Source: Raillietiella orientalis | Lineage: Eukaryota | Assembly (NCBI GenBank): GCA_036172245.1 | Contig: JAYWIR010000026.1 | Location: 2,232,001-2,296,000, forward strand | DNA: 64,000 nucleotides | Direction of reading: 5' to 3' | Part shown: positions 13,050 to 26,170 of the stretch, one piece after another | Position numbering within the stretch: position 1 is the first letter of the stretch | Layout of the letters: every line of letters begins with the position of its first letter | Program-made: the position numbers and the translations under genes | The notes under the pieces: model-generated | Told to the model about the DNA's origin: nothing | Databases searched by the model: none | The model's input: only the letters and a program-made list of their open reading frames with translations

Positions 13050-16000
13050 AAAAAAGTCCTTCCGACTGGGCTTGACCGGCGCCTGCCGGCAGATTTAGGA
13101 AACCGGGCGCCTCCCAAACTGGAGCTCCCGCAGCCTGTCGGCTCGACCGATACCTGGCAGCAATAGTGAGTGGGTCCTCGGCGCATGCGCGCGAGGCTCC
13201 AATGGCACCAAGTCGACACCGCGAGAGCGTAGTTTACAGGAACGGCGTCCTTCCGGGATCGCCTTCGCGGGACAGGAGCAGGCGGGGAAGGCAGAGCAGA
13301 TGGAACCCCCCCCCCCCCCCGCAGAGAGCGCTGCAGACAGCAACGCACCCGTATTTTTCCGAGGTCCTCGAAGAAGCAGATCGGGCGTGCACGTTGGTTC
13401 CCGACAGACCGCGACAGAAGAAGGGAGGTCGCCATTGGTCCGCGCAGCCCTCCTTCGTCCTTCCTCCCCTGAGCCAAGGACGCACCCAGGGTGCTAGGGT
13501 GGGCTGGGGTGGGCGTGCGGACTGATTCCTGGGGCAGAGAACCCGTGGAGGTATGTCCGGTGGCGCCTCGGAATGGCCCTGTGGAACCATGAGACTTCGT
13601 CGAAGCTACGTGAGGGGGGAGGGGTAAAGCCCAGCCAGACAGCTCCCGCCACGAGGAAGCGTCGCGCTCTCCTCGGCAGCCGTTTCCCGGGAAACTCGCT
13701 CTCGTCGCTAGCAGAGCCGCGGCAGCACGGCGCGCACGCGCGCGGTCAGAGTCGCTAGTCGACTCCCGAGCCACCCATTGGCGGATTCGGGAGGCGTGCA
13801 GTCCCCGAGAGTCACGTGACCCACGGCTTCTCCGACGCCCTCCCGCCACGTGTTCCTCCGCAAAGGATACTGCTCCTCTGGCCGAGGGCGCATCCCCGGC
13901 TGGGATGGCGAGCGGCGGTCCCCACCACTCTCCGACCCCTATCACAAGCGGAAGGAGGGAGGGGACCCATCATGTCGCCAAGGGTCATCCATGCTTTTTC
14001 CGGAGGCGTGCGCCCACCCACTTTTCTTCGACCGCCCTCCCCATCGCCGTCGCTGCTCGTGATCGTCGTTTCCAGGGTTACCGGCTTCGCAGCTGCTGTT
14101 CGCTCTGCACCCACCCGAGGCCGCCAAAGTGCAGCGCCCTCATCCGTCACGAGGTCGAGAGCACAGGGGGAGGAGGGCGAGTAGGGGAGGGTGGAGGAGG
14201 AGCGTGGTTTCTCGCGACGGCGCTCTCCTCGAGGGGTCGTTCTGCCTTCTTCCGTCAGGGGCTCACGGCAGCTCGCTGCCTAGCGGACGGCTTCTTCGTC
14301 AGGGAGATCGAAGGGTTGCAGCTTCCGGACCGCCCAACCGCCCCTTCCTCCCCGTCCCGACTCCGCCGTCCGCACGCCCACGCCCGTTTTGCCAGATGGC
14401 TCCGCGGGACTCGTGGAGCCCCTAGCGAGCATTCCAGACGTCTTCACTTGCCAGGGGAGACCCCGCCAGCGCTGTCTCTCGGCAGGTAGAGCAAGGGGAA
14501 GGTGGAGGAGCTGGTGGAACATCTCCTGGACTTTCCCCCTCCTCCTCTTCTCCCTCTTTCCCTTCCCAGGTCCCATCCCCCATATGGAGGCTATGCCGAG
14601 GGTCCCAAGGGTAGGCGGGACCGCCGATCGAGGCGCACCATGTGGCGGTCCGGGATGCGTAGCGACGCGCCCTCCACCTGTCCTGCTGGGCGCAAGCGCC
14701 ACGCAGCAACGGGGCGTCGGCTCGCCTCTCTCCTCCCTTCCCATCCCCGCTCCCTCGGTCATCGGCTCCCATGCTCGCTGTTTCCAGGATGGAGGTGGTG
14801 ACGAACCCCCCTCCCCCTCGCTATTCTCCTCTCCGCTTTCTTCTGAGGCGTTAACTTCCAGACGAGCGGCGGAGGGCCTCTGGACGGAAGGCGCGAGGTC
14901 GTGGCGGCTGCAGACCGTGGTCGCCGCAGGGGCGGGACGGTGGCGGTGCGGCTGCTGTCGCCCTGCGCACTCCAGTCCAGAGCTCCCACGCAAACGATCC
15001 TTCCCCCTGCTCCTCCCCTTCCGCGCCTCTCTCGTGACCTCCGAAGCGTCGCGCCCCCCTCCCAGAGGGAGGGGGAAGGGCGTCTTCGGCCCGGCGACCC
15101 ACCGCGGCTCGTTCGCCAGACCGGCCACCGGAGGTCGTCCTAGTCAGCAGTTCCGCGCGCGATCCCCGACCCATCCCTGGGTGAGGAGGATCGCTCCTCT
15201 CCCATTCCTCTGCTTCTTTCCCGGGAGCGTCCTCCGTCGGTGCCTGCGCTTCACGAGCAGCGTCCGCTCCAGAGGCCCTAACCAGTCCGCGCCTCGGGAG
15301 ACGCACGCGCACGCGCGGATGTTCCATCTCGCAGGTGGGTCCTGCCGCGCCCGCGTGACCTTTCGCAACCGCGCTCTCAAGGGGCGCGCGGCAAGGGACG
15401 TTTCGGGCTGCAAAGGTTCCGGTCGCGAGCCCCGGGAACCGAAGGGAAACGCGCCGCTGCTCCCCGCGCCCCACTCGCCATCCAAGGAACTCTCACGGGA
15501 GCGGAAACGCCGTTTCCGCACGCATCACCAGGAAGCGCTCATCCAGCAGGTTCGCCGTGTCGGAGTGGGCCAAAGCCCGGCCGGGCGCCTCGATGCCATC
15601 CGATGGAGAGTATCGCCATCTGGCCCCGGTTGACCGGCCGGGATTAGAACACGATCCTCCTCAGGACATCGAGGAGCTCTTCGGTGTTCCCCTTCGGCTG
15701 TGAAGACACGGAGCCGTACCACGAGGCCGGTTGATGCTGCCCCCCCTCGGGGGTCGCCTTTCCAGCGTGTGAGGAATTGCACTGCTCCCTCCGGGAGCAC
15801 CCTTCAGAGAAATTGGGGACCCCTTCGGGATCCTCTTGAGAGAGGGGGGAATTAGGGAGCGGTTCCCCTGCGGGCTCCCTCTGTAGAAGAAACGAGGAAT
15901 GGACTCCCTCCGGAGGGAGTTTCCCTTCGGATTTTCCTACCAAGCGTGAGAGAGGGAAGGATCCCTTCCTCCGGAGTCCTTCCATAGGGTGGTTCTCTCC

Positions 16001-16150
16001 CGGGATATCCCTATAGCTTGAAGGGTCACTACGCGCACCCTCGGGTGGCGTCTGCAGTATTGAAGAGCTTCGTGGGCCTCACCCAAGGAGGCGGGCGGTC
16101 CCTGAGGGCTCACCTAAAAAACGGGAGTCGTCGCCGCCTCGCCGTGCCCG
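13050..16150 (-). mobile_element. Decayed L1/Tx1-like retrotransposon body with RT remnant
   Basis: The minus ORF 12917-13945 has degenerate RT-like blocks in the expected order: SLAQGRKDEGGLRGPMATSLLL (~PK..NWRPISLL), CFFEDLGKIRV (~LDFEKAFDRV) and LARMRRGPTHYCCQVSVEP (~VRQGCPLSP..EP). 15630-15720 is the reverse complement of 18095-18180. Confidence 0.45.
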
Positions 16151-16189
16151 GATCACGAGGCAGAAGACTCGCTTCTTCTCTTTGGGTGG

Positions 16190-17330
16190 TTTTCACCCGA
16201 TAGCGCCGGGACGTTTATTATAAAAATAGTAAGCATACAGGTGTAGGGCCATCGGCAGTAGAACATCCGAAAAAGTTCGCTGCCTGCTGAGCAACCGGCA
16301 CGTGGGCCGGCGAGATTCTCCTTGGCAAAGAAGGGGGGGGGGGCAAATAAAAGTAAAAACAAAATAAAAGTCAATAAAAAGAGAAAACTCTGGGGGGAAT
16401 GGGAAGCGATCACCGTGAGCTGGAGGGCGTCTTCTGCATCCTTTCCTGGATGCCGGCAAGTTACATCCGAGTATGCCCCAGATGGGGCCGTCTTGCTGCT
16501 GTCCGCAGAAAGCTCAAGGCGAAGGGCAAATGGCGTCCCTGTTGTGCCGTCCTCCCCTCGCGCAGCTCCAGGGCACCATAATCCCGCTCAGGCAGCAAGG
16601 AGCTGCTAGGGATGTGGAGGGTGAAAGGGCATCGCGCAGGAAGAGGCATCCTGGGATTGTCCGTCAATGTTCCAAGGGTCGTTGGGTAATGCAACCACAG
16701 AGGCCGGAGGGCAACACAGTCTACGAGCAGGTGCGGGAGGAATTCCCGTTCCCCGTACCTGCAGCAGTTGGGGTCCGCAGCCCCCCCAGGTTCAGTGGGA
16801 GAGGTGGACGCTGCACAGGAGGTTCCAGTGCAGCAGCAGAAGTGTCGACGCCTGCCACTTCAAGAGAAGGACCCAGTTGTTTCAGCACTGGGGCCACTCG
16901 AGATCTTGTGGGATCTCCAGCAGCTCGCCCCAGCTCAATAGTCCTTTCGGTGGGGCACTTAAGGTCGCAGCGTCGGTGAGCTGTTCCATGGTCCAACCAC
17001 CTAATTCCTTCGTCAGAAGACCTATTTAGCAACTGACCACCCACTTGGTCGTCTGGTTACTGCCCAGGTGCTCTTTGAGGGAGGGCAGTGCTGCGGCTAG
17101 GAAGGTTCTTTGTGCCCACGGGCACGCGGTGGCTGCACGATGACGTTCTGCAGCGAGCTGTTGTTGCAGAAGGAGTGCAGCAGTCGCTACCGCGTCTCTG
17201 GGATCGTTTCCTTGTGCGGACGGCACTGCCAGCAACCAGGAGCTACCGTTCGCGGGCCGGCAAAAGATCCAAGTGGGAATCTTCTTTGGTGGTGGAATTT
17301 TTCCTGAGGGCGCTTTGTTCGTTCCCTGAT
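16190..17330 (-). mobile_element. L1/Tx1-like element 3' part (copy A)
   Basis: Zinc-knuckle-like PNCCRYGEREFLPHLLVDCVALRPLW, followed by a T-rich 3' UTR and AATAAA plus hairpin. Homologous to copies B-D. Confidence 0.6.
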
Positions 17331-17989
17331 GGACCTCGCGACTGCGCGCGTTCCCCTAGGATCCACCGACCCGATAGCCGCGCCCCCCGCTTCCTCTGAC
17401 GGCGCAAGGAAGCGAGGGAACTGCCGGTGGAGCCCGGTCGTCCTCTCCGGAGGGTCGCACGCTGCGGGCTACTCGGCCCTCGCCGCACCGACTCTGCTTC
17501 GATTGCAGTGGGTTCGCTGCCCTCCCCCTTCGTCCCCGGAGCGTTCCGTCGAACGCGGGATGGAAGTGGGCGAGCGGGCTGGCAGGAGAGAAGCCCTCGA
17601 GCACACCAGCAGGAACGTCCGCCCCCGCGTTGGGGAAAGGGGTTGCAAACCAGCCGTGGCCTTCTTTCATTCCCGGCCAGGACTTCCTCTCTCAGCGCCC
17701 GATCCGTTCGCTCCCGGGTCGAACGCACTCGCAGCAGCATCCGACCTACTAGCTGACCCAACGAGAACCCCTCCTCCGCCTTTGCCATAGAGGCGGAGGA
17801 TGAGGATTTTGCGCGAGCTCGGCGTCTCCGTGGTGGCGCCGAGCAGGGAGGCAGAGATGTTTCACTGAAGGGGAACAGCGAAGGAAGGGAGAGGCGGGTG
17901 CCGCCCTGTGGGACCGTGAATTTCACTTCTAAGTGTGAGGCTGACGTCACGTCAGCGACGGTGGATCGCGTTTTTAGGAAACGATCTGC

Positions 17990-19100
17990 TACCGTCGGAT
18001 TCTGAGTGGGGGGGAGCTAGGACGAAGGAAAGCAGGGTGCGATCGCAGAGCCAGGGGTGATGCTCCCCCACTTCTACCCGCTGGGAAGGATGGGTCCATC
18101 TGCACAGCTGGAGGGAAACTCCGAAGGGCTCCTCGATGTCCTAGAAAGATCCTGGAAGGTCAACTTTTAATCGCGGCCAGTCGACGGGGTAGGTCGGTGG
18201 TTTCTGGCTTCCACCGGTCCTGCAGGTGGCCACACTGGCAGGAAAAGCGGATGGATCTCGTGCCACCCCGCTAACGGTGGTGCCTGGTTTCAGGAAACCG
18301 TTCGCACGTAGGCTCATGGACTTTTACACTGGGGAGTGCTGCTGGGTATTCCGGAGGAAGTCCTGCAGTGACCCCCGGAGCTCATGAATACCCTCACCTA
18401 TCCCCCTCCTTAAAGTGGCAGGAGTCGGCATTGATACTGCTGCACTGGGACGCCCGCCGGCATCATTGGATACGGGAGGGAAGGGTGGACCCGAACTGTG
18501 CAAGGTGCGAGGAGCGGGAATCCCTCCCGAGTCTCCTAGTGGACTGTGTTGCCCTCCGACCCCTTTGGGGACGCTTCGCCTGCCGCAACCGTTGGAACCC
18601 CCTGCGGCAACGCCAGTGACGTTTGGAAGAGCCCCTTCCTGCGCGATGCCATCACGCCGGGCCCATCCCTCCCTAGCAGCACTGTGCTGCCCACGCAGCG
18701 GTATCGTGGCTGCATGCAGCAACTCCAGAGGAGGGAGGGAAGAACGACAGGACGCCATCCATTTTGCTGTTGTCTTCATGAGGACAGCGTCAAGGTGGCC
18801 CCATCTATGAAACACAAAACAGGAACTTGCCGGCATCCCTACAAGGATGCAGTGGACTCCAGCCAGCACACAGTGATCCCTTCCCGGACCCCCCTCCCAT
18901 TTTTTGACTGTATTTTATGTTTTTTTTTTTTTCTTTTTGTTTGTCTCCCCTTCTCCTGTGCTGACGAGGCGAACCCTGCTGGCCTGCATGCCAGATCCCG
19001 GGAGGTTCCTTCTCGAAGCTATAAGTAACGTGACAGGATCAACGTCCTGCCGCATTCGTTTATTTTTTATAAATAAACGCTCCCGCGTGACCGGGTGTCA
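17990..19100 (+). mobile_element. L1/Tx1-like element 3' part (copy B), inverted relative to copy A
   Basis: HHWIREGRVDPNCARCEERESLPSLLVDCVALRPLW (zf-RVT-like), a T-rich 3' UTR, and AATAAA at 19072 followed by a hairpin. Confidence 0.6.
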
Positions 19101-21270
19101 ACCAGTGCCACACCCGAAGCCTACGGCTAACCGGTGTTATCTTGCGTAGAGGAATCGATACCCACGACACACACCCCATCTCTCGGCATTCCCAGGAGAG
19201 GGGTCGAGTCCGTGACGCCTGGTGATACGCGCGGAAGTCTCAGGCACATGGCCGCCCCTGCAGGCGTCAGGACACCGAGAGGATCGACCGCCTTGGGGGT
19301 CCCGCTCGGACCGAGCGATGGACAGCAGTGCGCTCTCGAGCAGCCGGCTAGGGGCAGAGGACAAACGGCTGCTAAAACGGACCCGGTCAGTTTCGGAGAG
19401 CGGAGCAGGGCAGGGACGCTCATCAACTGCAGTCATCTTATCCATCTTCCACACTCGAAGACGATCATAGCTTGTTGAGTTCTTCCTGCCCAGGTCACCG
19501 GTCTCATCTTTTGCCCGCGATCCGGGAGGCGGTGGAGGTACGCAAATCGCTCGGGTCTGCAGTGCACGGAAGACTCCGGGGTTCTCGGGAGGATTCTTCT
19601 TGGTTCAGAGTTTCGCGTTCCTCCGTGGTGGACAAAAACCCTGCTGCACGCAGAAGTACAAGATCACGGGATTTCCCACGACGAAGGATTTTCCTAAGTT
19701 TCTCGCCTTCTAGGAAGAACCCCGGCTCGGCAGGTGGGGTTCACTGGGACCGCAAGGGGTAGCGGACGTGAGCCTCAGAGTGTCCGTTTCTCTCCGCCCA
19801 ATCCTGAACCGCCACCATTTGGCGGTTCAGGATTGGTTTATCCACCCGTCTTCTGGCCATCACCGGAATTACTTCGCCGATTCTGTGTCCTCTCGCTTAG
19901 CCACCTATCGCTTAGGATCCTTGCTTTCCCTGGGCGCCTGTCTTGCAGGAGCTCCAGGAGTGCTGCTCAGGGGTCTACCCCGTCTCCTGTGCACTCTGCT
20001 CGAAGATCCTTCCTCGTTTGAGACTTCAGTCACCGGAAATACCCCTCTGCACCACACAGCTTCTTTCGGAATTGCTGGCTTCTCCAGCCCGTTTGCTTTT
20101 TCCGCCATTGGTTGGTCGTCCCGGGCAGGCGCAGAATTCGATCTGTCCCTCTGATCCTTCCAGAATAGGAGAAACTCCAGTTGCCGAAGGAAGATATTGA
20201 GACGGAAATTCCTTCCGGTCGGCCTGTGGGCTTGGGAACTTCCAGTCCGAAGGGGATCATCTTCCCGCGTCTTCCGGAATAGCGTGCGGAGTCGGAAGTG
20301 ACTTTCCTTCTTTCCTTCTACCCCTGGTCTGCGGAGCGAACGACACGTTTACGAGAAGCTTCTTGTACCGGCCTCAGCTGCTCGGCTCCTGCTTTCCGAA
20401 GAGTCGTGACCGGGATGTGTAGCGACTGGGAGAGAGTCTGTGCGAAGACTATGAAGGCACCCGGGAGGCGCGGATGTGCGGTGGTTGTGTGGTGCCTCCG
20501 AGACTCCGCGTCTTGGTTCTTGGAAGCTCTTGGACCAGGATGGCCATCGAAAGCACCAGCGGCAGGCCGCTTGCCAACCCCGTCATCTGCTACGAGTTGA
20601 CACTAATGAGGCTTCTCGTGATACTGCTTTAAGTTTATTAATCTACTAGAAATGGCAATGACCGTGGCCGTTGCAAGGATTCTTTTTGCGATGTGTGCTT
20701 TCCCTTGAGATTGCTGAGGTGACGATGTACATTTGTGTTCACGTCTGCCTCCATGCAGTGTAAAAGAAATTGAATTTTCCATGTTTAAATTTCATTCAGA
20801 CTTTACATATCTATCATGAATTTTTGAGATGTACTGATATTCTGAGCCCATTGAATTAAAGGTCTGTGCAAACTTATCATGCATTTAAAAGAATCTAGAG
20901 ATACTAAATATACAAGCAAACACGTGTGCTTATGAAATGAATGGGTGAGTAACTTAAGCGAATCCTTGTTCCGTGGTCTTCCAGTAAATGCATTAAATGC
21001 CTTTTTTTCCCCTCTTTTTCTTTCCAAGGTGCATTTCTTGCTCTTACAAAATGATTAAGATGAAATATCAAGGAAGCGTGGTTAACTCAAGTATCAATAT
21101 TGTATGGAGCTCCAAGTTATCATAGCATCAGACAAAAAGTGCTTCACCCAAACATACTGCGGATATCCCTCGAGGCAAATTGACAAACAAACACTCAGAA
21201 CATTCCACGGAAGAAAACGATGATTGCTAAATTAAAGTTGGAAACACGCCTACAAGAACATGCCTCTTCC

Positions 21271-21321
21271 AGCCAGAGCTGCCAATTTAGTGGGTTTCCC
21301 GCTAAATTGGCAGCTCTGGCT
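21271..21321. repeat. 51-nt near-perfect palindrome/hairpin
   Basis: AGCCAGAGCTGCCAATTTAG (21271-21290) is the exact reverse complement of 21302-21321. The stem extends by T.G and GGG/CCC around a TTT loop. Confidence 0.92.
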
Positions 21322-21689
21322 ATGGCAGCCCATCTACCTATCCGCGTTTTGGGATACCCATCTAGAGGCTAAAAATATTTTATCCCATTGAGCAGGAATC
21401 CCAGTGGTTTTTAAATCACTGGCCATGGAAGTTTACGAGTTTTTCATAAATGGAAAAAAAATTTTCGACTGTGAATGTTGTAAGCAGTCTTAAATAGAAT
21501 TTCGGATATTTTATCCACCCCTGTTGCTAATGTGATTTGTTAATGTGACTCACATTAACAAATTGTTGCATTGATATTAAAGACTGTCTTATTATTAAAA
21601 TATTTTGATATTTAAATTGTGATCGTTGTAGTTCAGCGTCAACTCGTTTGAGTGTTTCATTACAATTTACAGACTGCTCTAACCGGAAG

Positions 21690-24600
21690 GGTCCCCCTGG
21701 TGTGGGGGGTCCGCTCTCCGTTGTATGACCAGAGGGGGAATTCCCCACTCCTTTATTCCTGGAAGGACCCGAAGGTCGACTCCCATTGTTCCGGCCTTCA
21801 TCGGGGTCCTCCGGTTTGAACACCACCGGTGCCACGCCCGAATGCCTCGGCCAACCAGCGCCATCTTGCAGGAGGAACTCGGAACCCAACGACGCAGTGG
21901 CGTCAGTTTCTGCCAGAATATTCGAACCCGCAACGCATGGTGCCACGCGCGGAAGTCTTAACCACAAAGCCTCCGACGCGGGCTTGCACATGATAAGCTT
22001 GCACAGAGTGGAAGATGTATCAATAAAATACAAATGTAGGAGATGTAGTGCGGATATACACTTAGCAAGGCCTTCGCACCGTGTTTGCGATGGGGAACCC
22101 TCCTCACCTGCCCCCGTGGTGACGGTACGAGTGTCAAGGAGGCTCGTCTGTACCAGACCGGAGTGCGGCATGGCCTTCTCCACGAGAAAAGGCCTGCTAA
22201 ACTATCAGGTCTGGCATGAACGAACTGGGAGGCGGCAACTTGCCAGCGGAGGAAGCATGGTGCAGATGGAAGCTCCATACATTAATATACCTGGAGAAGA
22301 AAGCGAACACCCAGAAAGCAAAGAAGCAAGAAGATGAGACGTCGGTGATGCTCCGAGATGCTCCCGCTAGAAGAAGAAGAGGAAGGAGGGCTGTCTGGCA
22401 ACTTGAAAGCAATTATAGACCCTCTGATCGAAGATGATCTGATCGAAGATGATCTGAGAGAAGACACGGTAAAGGAGCAATTACATCCCGCTCCCATGGA
22501 ATACAAAGTGTGGTGTGATTCCCCCCTCCGTCTAGACCGTCATCACCCAGCCACAGTTGCTCTGGAGTACGAACGAGAACAACCAGAAGAGACGAACAGA
22601 ATGGAAGCCATACAGAAGATATGGAAACCAAGAGGCAGGACAGGAAAGCGGATATGGAGAGCGAACTACTCCTAAAAATTCAGAGAGGAGAGAATTCATC
22701 TCCAGAGGATCCTAGATGAAGAAAGACCTCGTTGGGAGGACTTTCTTCTGACATATCAGGATGTGAAAGTTAGCATTCAAGAGATACTCAGAGTTAAAAC
22801 AAAAAGGTGGAGAGGAAAGAAGCCGAGGATTGACCCAAACAACAGATCGTCAATCTAAAAACTTTATAACATCAACAGAAGAAGAGCAGTTCAAGCGATT
22901 TTAGTCCAGCAGAACCCAACTTGTAATTTGGAGGTTAGCGAGGTAGAAAGGCATTTTCAGAATGAGTTGGAGACAAAACAGGAAACAGACAAAAAGCTTC
23001 CCAAGAAGATAACTCTGGGAAGAGGCCAAGTGGCATCCTCCGTAGACCTATCTCCATTTGCGCAAGAGGGGGTAGAGGTGATACTGCGGAATGCGGAAAA
23101 CTCATCCCTCGGAGAAGATGAAATCATCTACGCAGGATGGAAGAGCATTGATCCAGAGACGGAAATGCTTACGATAATCTTTAATACAATCTTTAAAAGG
23201 TTTCGCCGAATCTCAGAAGAGTGGAGGTGGACCAGAACGGTACTCATAGCGAAGAACCCCTCAGCAGCAGAAGACATCTCCAGCTGGGGACCAATATCCA
23301 TTGGCAACAGTGCATACAGACTGTATGCCAAATGCTTGGCCGCCCGAATAAGAAGATTTCAGAAAACGAGATCATCGGCATCTAAAGGTAGGGCTTCCTG
23401 CCCTTTGATGGAGTGTTCGAATAGAAGTTCATCTAACAAACAAGACTGGATGCTTCTTGCATCTGGTCGGAGGACTTCTGGGCAGTCTTAATAGACTTTG
23501 CCAATGCCTTCGGCACGGTCTCCCACGAAACAATCATGGGAACACTGAAAGAAGCAAGAGCAGGAGAAGAATTAATGGATATTATTCAAGAAGCGTGTAC
23601 AGGAAGTTCCACTTTCATTCAGCTGGAAAATACAGAAATGAGGACCTTCTCCGTGCGGCGCGGAGTGAAGCAAAGATGCCCCCGAAGCTCACACCTATTT
23701 CTCATCTCAATGGAACCCATCCTCCGCTCAATGAATGACCACTATGGGGAGGACGGGATACTGGCTTACACCGATGACATCGTTATATTGGGCAAGGAGG
23801 AAGCAAAAGTGAAAGAAATGGTAGCGCATTTCCAGAAATTATTGGAGCAAACCAGCCTATCCATCAAACCGGCTAAATGAGCCTGAATATTCTACACTGG
23901 AAAGACTCCTAAAGGTCCAAGGGACGTGGAAATTCAGGTGAAAGAAGGAAAAATCCCTTGTATTGCCTTGTCACAGGCATACCAATACTTGGGAAAACCC
24001 TTTGGTGTTAAGGTATTCAATTCACAACCATCCAAGGAGGACATCTGGCAGAAGGCGAGTGCCATACTTGAGAGTGAACTCTCAGGATCGCAGAATATGG
24101 ACGCAATAAAACCTTCTTCTACCCCAGTCTAGTTCATTACGAGAGGCTAGGAATTCACCAAAAAGAAGAATGGCAGCAAGTAGACGAAGAAATCAGGAAG
24201 CAAATAAAGTAGGCCTTACACCTACCATCCTGGACAGCCAATGAGTACTTGTACGGATAAAGAAGCAAAGGCTGCCTAGGACTGATGAAGCTAGCTGGAG
24301 AATCCGAACTCTTTACCATGCACAGCTGCCTCAAATTTTTCACCTCACCAGACAACGCGGTAAGGAAGTTAGCTCACGATACTTTGGAGGAAGTGGTCCA
24401 AAAACGAACCCATGAAGTGCCGACACGAAAATCTCGGGGATTTCATGACGGGTACTCTACACAGAAAAACCACACGATCGGGAAATGATATAGAGAGCCT
24501 CTGCATGGAAGGAAGGAATTCTCTAGAAGGGTCAAAGCCCTCTGGGAATTTCAACAAGGAAAACCCAGTATGACAATTGATGGCGTAATCTTTACCAGCA

Positions 24601-25530
24601 ATGCAAGAAAAAAGCTCACCTCCGGAGTGAGATCATTGCAGAGGGAACACGCATGGCAATTCCTAATCCAAAACCACATAAGTCAAGGGAAAACCATGCA
24701 GTGTGTGGCATGCATCACTCCTCGAGCTTTTCTCACACGGACGGAATCCACCCATGATTTCAGGATTAAAAGTTTATCCATGCAGCAAGACTAAACTTAC
24801 TGCCAATCAACGCTGGACCAACCAAAAAAGGACATGAGAGCATATGTCGGCGTTGCGGGACAGTGGATGAAACGCCATCTCACGTGTTAAACAGATGCAA
24901 GAAGCATGTTCCTCTGACGATGCAACGTAATGATTCGATCCAAGAGATCATCAGGAAAACCACAGCGGATGAAGCAAAGTGGAGTCTTGTCTCAAGCAAT
25001 CGGAGAGTACCAAGAACCACTTCCAGACTAAAACCAGACCTGGGTTTAGAAAAACGAAATCAGATAAGTGTGCTGGACATCTGCTGCCCATAAGAAAATG
25101 GCAAGGAGAGGTTCGGCACATCCAGAAAAAACAAAGAAAAATACAAAGATGGGGATTAGTGGAAAGCAAACGAAAGTACATGCGATCATTGTCGGCTCTC
25201 TGGGAGCATGAGATCCTGGTAATGCAGAAGTAATCCAGTACTTAGGAGCACCAAATAAGAAGCATGTGGAGCTGAGGCACCGGCTGGTAGCCACCTATAT
25301 CCGGTACTCAAGTGCCATATATGCAACTCATGTAAAGAAGGAAAATGGCAACCAACTCGATCGCCTAGATAATGATCTCCCTCCGGAGGAATTAGAACAA
25401 ATCAACGAAGCCCCGTAAAGGACGGGGAGAAAATAACCGCGGGGGACTCTCCAGAGCCCCTTGCATACAAGCTTTGGAAAAACACACAGAACGAACAATA
25501 AAGTTTTCTTTTAACTATAGGTAACGAGAC
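21690..25530 (+). mobile_element. Near full-length, disabled non-LTR retrotransposon with restriction-like endonuclease (R2 group, NeSL/Utopia-like)
   Basis: N-terminal C2H2-like CTRPECGMAFSTRKGLLNYQVWH. RT blocks GPISIGNSAYRLYAKCLA, DFANAFGTVSH, RRGVKQRCP, LAYTDDIV and YQYLG, then NEYLYG.RSKGCLG. C-terminal CCHC CRRCGTVDETPSHVLNRC and RLE motifs RND, LKPDL...LDICCP and IIVGSLGA. Many stops and frameshifts. AATAAA at ~25497. Confidence 0.9.
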
Positions 25531-26170
25531 CGGAAGGGAGACTCTCCTTAAAAACGTATCGAACATGTGCAGCAGTAGCTTCATAGCATATAGTTCACGT
25601 TAATAACCGTTAGTTTGCATTTTCTTCTTGTGATAATGAATCCTAATTTTAGGTGACATTAAATGATGCGATAATGATAATAATAAATTATTATGTATTA
25701 AAATCTGGAGATTTTTTTTGGAAAATCGTGGGATTTCGAAAGGCCATCTTGCTATTAACTTCTGTTGGCAACCCTGCTTCCAGTCCCTTAAGCGATTAGT
25801 GAGGGGATGGGGCAGCGAGAATCTTTTTGAAAGCAATCGAGTGGTGTAAAAAGCCCATCTGCATTTGGATAATGGTGCACCATGAAAGTTTAAAACTTTG
25901 ATTTTGTGGCATTGCTTTCTACATGATTCATTGCTACATTCCATACGTACTTCCTACATTGTACATATATATTCCTCTGATTTCAGTTGCCTAACCAAAA
26001 CAGAAAGAATGCTTGTGATCTTTAATTTGTGGTATTTCAGAAATGTTCTGAAGTGAATACAAAAAGCGCATTCTTTTCGCACATTCGGTATGTTTTCAAC
26101 GTGTCTAACATTTCAAAGTGTCTTGTATTTGTAGTATTGAAAGTTTGTTGTAGGTGTATATTGAATAAAT

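Noticed and set aside
14389..15633. 414-aa plus-strand ORF and overlapping long ORFs
   Set aside because: Low-complexity Pro/Arg/Gly/Ser translation typical of GC-rich shadow frames, lying antisense to the decayed retroelement.
19100..20600. GC-rich block possibly encoding a retroelement ORF1 or protease
   Set aside because: No motif I can name with confidence.
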